DNA of 63,066 bases, the filler included, from Octopus bimaculoides (taxonomy: Eukaryota), in NCBI RefSeq assembly GCF_001194135.2. It is 7 parts of 6 records of this genome, joined end to end, with 100 filler letters (N's around TTAATTAATTAA, not from the genome) between each part and the next. Parts side by side here need not be neighbours in the genome. Positions count along the whole stretch, not along the records: positions 46,229 to 63,066 come from NC_068986.1; 6 more parts are not named here. One strand, 5' to 3'. This document shows, in pieces, positions 52,971-63,066 of this stretch (position 1 is its first letter; the number at the start of each line of letters is the position of its first letter). A program made the translations under genes and the position numbers. Below the pieces are notes generated by a model. The model searched no databases. It saw only the letters and a list, made by a program, of their open reading frames with translations, and was not told the origin of the DNA.

Positions 52971-53780
52971 GCCTTAAATAAAAGGGAAAACGAATTGCAT
53001 AACGTAGTTCTTAAAACAAGTACCGCAAGGCACAAAAAAGACTGGAGATACACGGCTGGGATTCTTTTGGTCGTAAGTCTCTTCGATCACGGCTCATATG
53101 AAGCGAAACATAAAGATTACCGATGCTCCACATGAATTCCTGATAGTTCTCCTCACGCTAAGTTAAATCAAAGTACTGTGCGATGCTGTCAGACTATTCG
53201 TAGAACTATGCTACGTTCGACAATGCATGTGATTGGCAACATGTCAGCCTAAAGGAGAGGATATATAATTTCCGAATTGCATTGCTGCGTATTGAGACAA
53301 GCGGCTTGTCAAATATAATTGTTTTGATATCTTCAATATTTCACAGTTGTAAATAATGTTTGGCAAGTTAATTGATCTGAGATACTGCGATGAAACTGAA
53401 ACAATAATAAGGTGGCTGAATCATAATTATCGTTTATAACACACCCATGTGCTATTATAGTCTCTTTTCTGTTGTCTTGTGATGGTATCTTAAATCATAA
53501 ATTGTCAAAAACTTTTATCATAATTTTAATATGAATGAATCGATGATAGTACTGAAAAATTAAATAAGTTTTTAAAATCTTCCACTTTCACTTAATGAAA
53601 CAGCAGTTTGTGTTTGAGTTGGATAAATAAATAGTAATGGCTTCAAGAAGTGGATGCACGAGTGAAACTTAGGTTTTAGAGTGGTCAGACTTTAAACTTT
53701 AGATCTACTACGCGTATTGCTTACTTTCGTTCCTATTTAAATGATAAAATACACAATGCATATGCGGGTGTATAGTTGTA

Positions 53781-54514
53781 TACAGTACTGTGCAAAAGTC
53801 TTCGGCCACTTTAAACTCTTGTAAATTTCTAGGAATTGCCAACTTATAAGTGGATGTTTCGCATTGCGCTTTTTACAGATGAAACATTGGCCCTGTTGGA
53901 GTTATTTCCATACCTAATCATTACATTTTGTAGTAAGGGCTCTGAATGAGAGGGGAAGATGCGAGACAACCACCAAGAATGGCATCAGATTCCAAGAGGC
54001 CTTCTGACAAATTCTCGCTATTAGAAAGCGAAACCACCCACGTTACACGAAGAAAACAGTGAATTTTGGGGTAAGAGTCTGATGATTTGGGGATACATAA
54101 AAAGTGATGGTTCAAGAAAGTTGGTAAAAATTGATGGTAACTTGAATAGTGCCAAATACATCCAGTTGCTGAAGGACAATTTGATAACAGACTTGGATGA
54201 ATGTGAGATTTTTCAGTATGACGGAACTCCATGCCACAGACCGCGTGCAACACGACAGTCTGGCTGATAAAGGTGTTACCGTATTGAAAGATTGGCCAGC
54301 TCAGAGCCTTGACGTAAATATCAGGGAGCAAATGGGAATGGAACTAAAGAGAAGAGTTCATCAGAAGAATCCATGCAATACTGAAGAGTTGTGGGAGCTT
54401 AACTACAGAGAATGGCGTCTCATACCTATGAAGATGGTGACGGATTTGTACGCATCTCTTTCAAGGTGCATTGAAGTAATTATTCAACCTAAGGGAAGCC
54501 ACACGATATATTAA
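53781..54514 (+). mobile_element. Tc1-family transposon remnant (left TIR plus DD34E region)
   Basis: TA|CAGTACTGTGCAAAAGT; MIWGYIKSDG..FQYDGTPCH then WPAQSLDVNIRE..KGSHTIY; right TIR not found. Confidence 0.85.
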
Positions 54515-54585
54515 CAACGTACAGCAACGTCTTGAAATGAACATTATGTAATAAATTCTCATTACAGACATTTTTCTGGTTTAGC

Positions 54586-54943
54586 TGTTCGGCAAAAGCG
54601 ACCAATAGAATATGTACCAGGCTCCAATAGAAATAAAAATTAAAAAGCGTACTGTGGTCGATTCATTCGACAAAAAAAAATTCTTCAACGCGGTGCCCTA
54701 GCATGACCGCAGTCTTATGGCTGAAACAAGCAAAAGATAAAAAGTAAAGAGAAATCAGCACACGCACACACACATGTATACGACGGGCTTCTTTCAGTTT
54801 CCGTCTACCTAATCCACTCACAAGGCTTTGGTCGACCCGGGTCTATAGTAGAAGACACTTGCCCAAGGTGCCACGCAGTGGGACTGAACTCGGAACCATG
54901 TGGTTGGTAAGCTGGCTACTTACCAAACAGCCACTACTGCACC
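54586..54943. mobile_element. SINE A 3' half (+, 54586-54750) next to SINE A 5' half (-, 54775-54943)
   Basis: Both halves match the copy at 60914-61310. Confidence 0.8.
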
Positions 54944-54969
54944 TATATATTCACAAATGGGAGTAGAGT

Positions 54970-55317
54970 GTAATGGTTGTCAGCCGGGTTCCATATGACT
55001 CCTAGTAGCCCATATATGATTTTTTTTAGCGGGGAGAGGGTCCACGCAGGCCAAAAAGTAAATTTGGGGTCTATAGCAGTACTTTAAGGGTCCATGAAAA
55101 GTTTTGCTTTTAGATCTGTTTATTGGATGAAAGAGCTAAGGCTTTTTCTTTGATGATTACCGTAGTTCAACCAACGTAAGCTAATCTGTGAAAAACAAAA
55201 CAGGAATTTTGAAAGGAATAATACTAGTTTTTTTAAGTATCAAACAGCTATAGGGGTACACCACATTAAAATAGTAATAAAAGTTATCTACGGGAAGGAC
55301 ATGATTGAGAACCACTC
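54970..55317 (+). mobile_element. hAT-type MITE
   Basis: Left end AATGGTTGTCAGCCGGG; right end TTGAGAACCACT. Confidence 0.55.
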
Positions 55318-55505
55318 GTATATTGTATGTAGGTCATAGATCATACAAGTTACAGAATTCCGCTCATGTGCCTGGCTGCAAGACCCGTGGCTGCTGCTCT
55401 TTAAGAATTGCAGTCTTTAATGCATCCAGAGTTGAAACAGAAGATGGTCATCACAGAATTCCATGGACAGACATAAGCGAATCTGTTAATTTATATTATT
55501 TGTGC

Positions 55506-55541
<36 letters not shown>

Positions 55542-55720
55542 AAGTATGATTCTGTGTGTACGTTTCTTTGTAAGTGTTTATAGGGATATACATTGTACAT
55601 ACATTTAATGTGTCCATACAAATATATATTTATATATATATATATATATATATTTGCGTATTTTCACTCTTATTATTTTTTATACATCCAACCACGTGCT
55701 TTCACATACCAACTTTCTCA

Positions 55721-55767
<47 letters not shown>

Positions 55768-56260
55768 NNNNNNNNNNNNNNNNNNNNNNNNNNNNNNNNN
55801 NNNNNNNNNNNNNNNNNNNNNNNNNNNNNNNNNNNNNNNNNNNNNNNNNNNNNNNNNNNNNNNNNNNNNNNNNNNNNNNNNNNNNNNNNNNNNNNNNNNN
55901 NNNNNNNNNNNNNNNNNNNNNNNNNNNNNNNNNNNNNNNNNNNNNNNNNNNNNNNNNNNNNNNNNNNNNNNNNNNNNNNNNNNNNNNNNNNNNNNNNNNN
56001 NNNNNNNNNNNNNNNNNNNNNNNNNNNNNNNNNNNNNNNNNNNNNNNNNNNNNNNNNNNNNNNNNNNNNNNNNNNNNNNNNNNNNNNNNNNNNNNNNNNN
56101 NNNNNNNNNNNNNNNNNNNNNNNNNNNNNNNNNNNNNNNNNNNNNNNNNNNNNNNNNNNNNNNNNNNNNNNNNNNNNNNNNNNNNNNNNNNNNNNNNNNN
56201 NNNNNNNNNNNNNNNNNNNNNNNNNNNNNNNNNNNNNNNNNNNNNNNNNNNNNNNNNNNN

Positions 56261-56297
<37 letters not shown>

Positions 56298-58356
56298 TAT
56301 AACGAAACACGGAAATACCTCTGCCTATATATTTATGAATAACAAGATGGAAGTATGGTACATTATTGTAAGTGTTGGTCCCTACAGACAAGTGAGTTAC
56401 GTGATGTATTAATTATATAAAGCTACCATCACTTTCGTAGACGACTTTTAGTAAACGAATTTCCTATAGAGCTCAAGCAACAAATCGATAGGAATGGCAC
56501 AAAACAGACATATATCGGTGTTATATTTCCTTACCCGTTAGGCTCGTAAGTTATGCGAAGTTTTTAAGTAGAGAATCGAGAAGTCTCTCGACAATAGTGC
56601 GAAATTGATTTTATGGTTAGGTAAGTGGCGAACGACAGACGGATGTGAATCGTAAGAATTCTGAACAGATAAGTATGTAAAAGTATTCACAATTCACTTC
56701 ATTATAAACATTTCTATGAGTTTGTATATGTTTCCTCACCTTATTTCTTCAGAACAATATTCCATCCGTCCCATTCTTCCCTACCGTCTTCTCTAAGACT
56801 TTAATTATCTCTCTCGCTCTATAATTTCTGCATTTCTTTTAACTCTTTTCTTATTTCTATCCATATGTAGGCATGTGTACATTCATACACATATATTATG
56901 TATGTGTGTGTATGTATTATGCATGTGTCATGTAAATATATATATATAGAGAGAGAGAGACAGACTGACTAAGAAACACAGGGAGAGAGAGAAGGAAAGA
57001 AAGAGAGGGAGACAGACAGAAGACAGACAGACCGTGCGGATGCTGACTTGATTGTATGATTTCACCTTTAAACGATATGGCTTTAGGTTCAGGCCCACTA
57101 GATGTGAAGTAAGAATTAGGCTTCATACTGTGGGAGTTCATATTTGCTAGTTCATATTAGCTGCTTCCTGCAATTCTTGTCGACTCTCCTACGAGTTACC
57201 GACATTTTGTATGAACTTTGATAGGAATAATGCTATTGTTGTTCAGGCATTCACTCAAGATCAGCTTTTTTTTTTATTAGAAGGTGTTGTTGCGCATGCG
57301 TCGATGATTGTGTCTGGTTTACTCCAAAGAGAAAATATAGCAGATCCCAATACTTATGTCCGCTTAGATAAATTTATCCACAATGCATGTCTGGGGCGTT
57401 GGGGTCCGTCTAACTCTAAGCATTTCCACATAGAATGTTACTACAAAGCTAGTATACAGTGGCTTTCTCCATAGTATTGCAAATTACGGGATTTTTTGTT
57501 TTTGTTTTTTTATCATTAACATATAACATATGAAGTTCACTTGATAATCCATGCTGCAATTTATTTTTCTCATGGAATCGGTGATGAGGGTTATCGGAGC
57601 GAATTTCTACAAACATTTCTTCGTTCACTACAGATCTGCTCTCTCCCTCTTTCTCTCTATCCCCTTCTCTTCTCTCCCCTTCGTCCCTCTTCCTTTCTCT
57701 GACTCTTTTCTCCCTCTTTCCCACTTTGTTTCTGTAAGTGTCCATGCATACACAGAGGGAAGAAGCTGATTGAATTTATGACAGATGTTGCAAGATTTGG
57801 GATCGAACGATCAATACCAAATAGTACACGATATATTGTAATTTAAAGGATATTCTCAAACTTTTGCCAATCACCAACCGTATCATCCACACTGAAAACA
57901 GAAAAGTCCTTATAACACACATCTTTTGAGAATGCAACACCCCAACAACCGATATAATCTGCAAGTCTATGCTAGGTTTTGTATAGACAGATGATTTACA
58001 CAAGACCTATCTCACTAAATACTTATCTCAAAGAAAGGCTCCACGAGGTTAAGTCCTATACAATCTGACCATCAACATCAATAGGTAAAACAGGCGAGTT
58101 TTTACCAGCAAAAGTGTATTTAATATAGCAGATGTTTCCTCGACAGCAATATTCAGCCCAAGCATATTAACATCAAAGAACATCTCTACACACGCTGGTA
58201 AAATGAAACTAACTGAAAACGGACGTAACTTTTACTATTTAATCCGTAACCTAAATATCGGGAACTTATATGTCAAACAAGCATAACTCACAAACATTAG
58301 AAATCTTCGATGAACAGCAGACAGAACTGTATGGTAGGTACAGACTCTCACGCAGA

Positions 58357-58790
58357 TCTACTACATACGTGGGAAATTCTGTCTGTAAGTGTGTTTGTGG
58401 AGTTGTTAGCTAATTCCTCCCACATCGCTTTATCGGTTTTGATGAAACTTGACACGTGAGTAGAGCTCGTGTCTGGATACCACATAGCATACTCAGATTG
58501 TTGAAAACTCGATAAAAGGACTCCTGGAAGGGATCCTTATATATCTCTGATATATTTCATTTTAACAGCCAAGGGAAATAGCCCATTCATTTTCCTTAAT
58601 CATTTGGTATTAATCAAATTGAGTATGCTTATTTCTTAGTATTTGAACTGTTAGAGTTATTTTCGCACTTTATCCAGGACAACTCTTAAACAAGTAAATA
58701 GTATTTTCCTAAATAATAAATCCACTTATTTCGGTTAGTGACTTATTCCCGAATATACCAATACTAGCGCCGCTGAGGGTAATATTCTCT
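58357..58790 (+). mobile_element. Possible non-autonomous Helitron/Helentron-like element
   Basis: A|TCTACTACATA start, TGTCTGT..TGTGTTTGT, and CGGTTTTGATGAAACTTGACAC as in DINE-1-like elements; the 3' end is unclear. Confidence 0.4.
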
Positions 58791-60913
58791 GGGAACAAAA
58801 GCCTTTTTCAAAATTATTCATTTTGGATTGTTATTATCTCATATCTGATTAACCTGTTATTATGCTTCACGATTTTAGTATACATACCTTATTAGTATTT
58901 CCTCCTATGTTCTATATTTTCCAGGAACGCATTAAAGCCCTTTTCATGGCTACTTTATTTGAATTCTTACTATAACTGACTTCACAATTTGGGTATTCAT
59001 AACTTATTGAGAATTCCTAAAATCAAGATCCTGTGTAAGAAGACAGTTTGGTATTCTCTGTAAATGCACAAAAACCGTTTTAAGGGCTACATACTTTGTG
59101 TTGTTGCTATTGGATTAGCGTAACAATTATGAGAACGGAACCAAGGGATAAGCCCTGCCTTCCCGGGAATTACCGTGTACGTCAGCTAGCATCCTTGAAA
59201 TACGAAACACAATTTTCCCCACGCCTCATACACCCAAGGTTTCTATCTCAATATACTGACCAAGAACAGTATACACCCAAAATACATTAATGTTTTCAGG
59301 TAAAAATTTAGTTTTTTTAATTATTTATATTTATTATTCATATCTACATATAACCACATTGTTTTGCCTGTCTAAATTGTANNNNNNNNNNNNNNNNNNN
59401 NNNNNNNNNNNNNNNNNNNNNNNNNNNNNNNNNNNNNNNNNNNNNNNNNNNNNNNNNNNNNNNNNNNNNNNNNNNNNNNNNNNNNNNNNNNNNNNNNNNN
59501 NNNNNNNNNNNNNNNNNNNNNNNNNNNNNNNNNNNNNNNNNNNNNNNNNNNNNNNNNNNNNNNNNNNNNNNNNNNNNNNNNNNNNNNNNNNNNNNNNNNN
59601 NNNNNNNNNNNNNNNNNNNNNNNNNNNNNNNNNNNNNNNNNNNNNNNNNNNNNNNNNNNNNNNNNNNNNNNNNNNNNNNNNNNNNNNNNNNNNNNNNNNN
59701 NNNNNNNNNNNNNNNNNNNNNNNNNNNNNNNNNNNNNNNNNNNNNNNNNNNNNNNNNNNNNNNNNNNNNNNNNNNNNNNNNNNNNNNNNNNNNNNNNNNN
59801 NNNNNNNNNNNNNNNNNNNNNNNNNNNNNNNNNNNNNNNNNNNNNNNNNNNNNNNNNNNNNNNNNNNNNNNNNNNNNNNNNNNNNNNNNNNNNNNNNNNN
59901 NNNNNNNNNNNNNNNNNNNNNNNNNNNNNNNNNNNNNNNNNNNNNNNNNNNNNNNNNNNNNNNNNNNNNNNNNNNNNNNNNNNNNNNNNNNNNNNNNNNN
60001 NNNNNNNNNNNNNNNNNNNNNNNNNNNNNNNNNNNNNNNNNNNNNNNNNNNNNNNNNNNNNNNNNNNNNNNNNNNNNNNNNNNNNNNNNNNNNNNNNNNN
60101 NNNNNNNTTTTTTCTTAAAATAAGTATTTTCATTCTCAGAATTCTATCAGATAGTTCAATATCAGAATAGCTAAGAGCAATATAAATTAATATGATATTA
60201 TGTAGTCCAGCTGAAATCAAAATAATTTGAAGGGAGACATTTAAAAATAAGCATATGTGTATATTCGTTACACAGGACACGTACACGTTTTTTTTTATTT
60301 TTATAGCGAGCTGCATATTAAAAATAGAAACATAACCTTCTTCAGCCGAAAAACAAGTAAAGGATATTCGAAAGGAGCTAAGTCCTGTACAGTCGTGAAT
60401 CAGACTAAGACGACGTGGCGGCAATATTAACTTGAAATGTATGTGGATTCAATATATATTCTCTTTTCTATTTGCGTGCAAACTTCAGATATATGCTTCG
60501 GCAAATTTAGATATAACTTAGACGTATGCTAAGGGCTACAAATTATAAATGTTTTTAAATAAACATTATCGTTGTTCAGTGTTGCTAACAAGAATCGTTT
60601 AGAAAATACAAGTTGCAGAAATGCGTATTGTTTTACTTCTAGATAATTTTGTCTCAAACGTTTTAGTAAACGCTATTTATTGGAGATGAATATAAACGGT
60701 TGAGCCGTTTGGGGTTTCTCGATGTATTGTGAATAACTTTTGGTTTTTATCTCGGGAGGGTCGTTATGTTAATAACACACACGTTTTATTTCTAGTTTGA
60801 AAATATTCCTTCTTTCCCTACATTGTTGGGGACCCCAGTAAGAGGATAATGGATACTGTTTTTGTTATTCATCAATTAGTTCACTATTTAAACAATTAAG
60901 TAATCAATTGTTT

Positions 60914-61073
60914 GAGTGATTGTGTGGTAAGTAGCTTGTTTACCAACCACATGCTTCCTGGTTCAGTCCCACTGCGTGGAACCTTGGGCAAGTGTCTTCT
61001 ACTATAGCCTCGTGCCGACCAAATCCTTGTGAGTGAGTGGATTTGGTAGACGGAAACTGAAAGAAGCCCGTCG

Positions 61074-61105
<32 letters not shown>

Positions 61106-61310
61106 CGTGTGTGCGTGTCTGTTGTCCTCCACCATCGCTTGACAACCGATGTTGGTGTATTTACGTCTCCGTAACATAGAGGTTCGGCAAAAGGGACCGA
61201 TAGAATAAGTACTGGGCTTACAAAGAATAAGACCTCGGGTCGATTTGTTCGACTAAAGGCGGTGCACCAGCATGGCCGCAGTTAAATGACTGAAACAAAT
61301 AAAAGAATAA
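60914..61310 (+). mobile_element. SINE family A, near full length
   Basis: Head, core, (TA)/(TG) middle and GACTGAAACAAATAAAAGAATAA tail. Confidence 0.92.
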
Positions 61311-62439
61311 TTGTTTACTAATTGCTTATTGAATCATTTAATATTAGTTTTATCAAAGTCCTATCGTCACCATCCGTTACTTTATCTGTGGCGTGCTCTC
61401 TTTACTTCAGCTCTGTCTACCGGATGTTTTTAAATCTTGAAACTTTCCGTGTTGATGTATAACCAGCTGTCGATGTTACTAAACGAAACTTCGTCAACTG
61501 ATCACCAATGGTAGATATTTAAATAACGATATGAAAGCTCAAGGCAAACCAAGTTCTTTGCGATGTTCAGTGAAGTGTTTACTTGCACACGTGTTGCCAG
61601 CCGTCTGAATAACATTCTTTTATATTTAGATGGCAGAAAACAAAATGTGGCGAAAACAAATTACACGAATCGCAGCAGATGACTATCGTGTACTGGGAAA
61701 TTCATTGTGATCTTGGTTGGCCGTCACGAACTATCAGTGTTTGCTCGGTTTCTGGATTGATTTTATAATATCCGTTTAATGACATAAACACAAACTCGTA
61801 CCTCATGTATGTTTTGTCACAAATGTATCCANNNNNNNNNNNNNNNNNNNNNNNNNNNNNNNNNNNNNNNNNNNNNNNNNNNNNNNNNNNNNNNNNNNNN
61901 NNNNNNNNNNNNNNNNNNNNNNNNNNNNNNNNNNNNNNNNNNNNNNNNNNNNNNNNNNNNNNNNNNNNNNNNNNNNNNNNNNNNNNNNNNNNNNNNNNNN
62001 NNNNNNNNNNNNNNNNNNNNNNNNNNNNNNNNNNNNNNNNNNNNNNNNNNNNNNNNNNNNNNNNNNNNNNNNNNNNNNNNNNNNNNNNNNNNNNNNNNNN
62101 NNNNNNNNNNNNNNNNNNNNNNNNNNNNNNNNNNNNNNNNNNNNNNNNNNNNNNNNNNNNNNNNNNNNNNNNNNNNNNNNNNNNNNNNNNNNNNNNNNNN
62201 NNNNNNNNNNNNNNNNNNNNNNNNNNNNNNNNNNNNNNNNNNNNNNNNNNNNNNNNNNNNNNNNNNNNNNNNNNNNNNNNNNNNNNNNNNNNNNNNNNNN
62301 NNNNNNNNNNNNNNNNNNNNNNNNNNNNNNNNNNNNNNNNNNNNNNNNNNNNNNNNNNNNNNNNNNNNNNNNNNNNNNNNNNNNNNNNNNNNNNNNNNNN
62401 NNNNNNNNNNNNNNNNNNNNNNNNNNNNNNNNNNNNNNN

Positions 62440-62750
62440 TACACCCTCCGGATGCACCTCTCCTACCCACGGATTACACTGGACCCATCTTCTGATTGGA
62501 AATCGCTTCAATATACCTCGACGTCTAAAAAAACTTTTGAACTTTTGAACTTTTCCACTTTTGTAAACCTCCTTTATCATCTTTATTTTTTCTCCGTGTT
62601 TTTCTCCTTGTCTCCGTATTCTTTCTGTTGAAGAGCGTAGCTCGAAACGTCAAAGACTTTCCGTATTCCCGAGCGTCATACTAATACATCCTTTTGTTAT
62701 TTACACCACCTGTCCTCGCCTGTTGTTGTTTTTTCGTACATTCTCCCATA
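62440..62750 (+). mobile_element. Penelope pLTR/retrozyme-like element, copy 2; 5' part lost in a gap; ends at (TA)n
   Basis: Shares two blocks with 803-1099 and carries the hammerhead fold. Confidence 0.7.
62620..62656 (+). ncRNA. Minimal type-I hammerhead ribozyme fold with a variant core
   Basis: TCTTT-CTGTTGA-A-GAG-CGTAG-CTC-GAAAC-GTC-AAAGA: 5-bp stem I, 3-bp stem II and palindromic ACGT at stem III. Confidence 0.65.
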
Positions 62751-62844
62751 TATATATATATACATGTGTGTGTTTGTGTGTGTGTGCGTGTATATGTATG
62801 TGAATGTGTTTATACATATGAATACATGTGCTTGTAGGCATGTA

Positions 62845-63066
62845 TTTTATTCTTTTACTTGTTTCAGTCACTTGACTGCGGCAACGCTGGACCACCGCAT
62901 TAAAGGGTTTTCTAGTCGAAGAAACCGACCCCAGGAGTTATTCTTTGTAAGACTAGTACTTATTCTATCGCTCAATTTTGCCGAACCGCTAAGTTACGAG
63001 GACGTAAACGCACCAATATTTGTAGTCAAGCGATTGTGAGGAGACAAACACACGACATACTCATAT
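62845..63066 (-). mobile_element. SINE family A, 3' half, running off the window
   Basis: CTTGTTTCAGTCACTTGACTGCGG..GCCGAACCGCTAAGTTAC. Confidence 0.85.

Noticed and set aside
61630-61710. Acceptor-like site followed by ATGGCAGAAAAC
   Set aside because: Short frames, no clear donor and no homology recognised.

Overview
AT-rich, gap-ridden animal genomic scaffold made almost entirely of repeats. I could not support any host protein-coding exon, tRNA or rRNA gene. The SINE repertoire and the density of di-, tri- and tetranucleotide microsatellites resemble Octopus; this is inference from recalled repeat families, not a search result. The window holds many tRNA-headed SINEs in several modular families, decayed R4/Dong-type (REL-endonuclease) LINE pieces including one nearly open RT segment at 46229-47116, a Tx1/L1-type remnant, and mariner, Tc1, pogo and hAT derivatives. 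It also holds two LTR-like segments and several foldback elements. Most long ORFs in the supplied track are artefacts of N gaps or microsatellites. The best candidate system is a small non-coding retroelement with a minimal type-I hammerhead fold at 62620-62656. A second copy at 803-1099 begins exactly at the predicted cleavage site and has its blocks in permuted order, which fits a retrozyme or Penelope pseudo-LTR unit.
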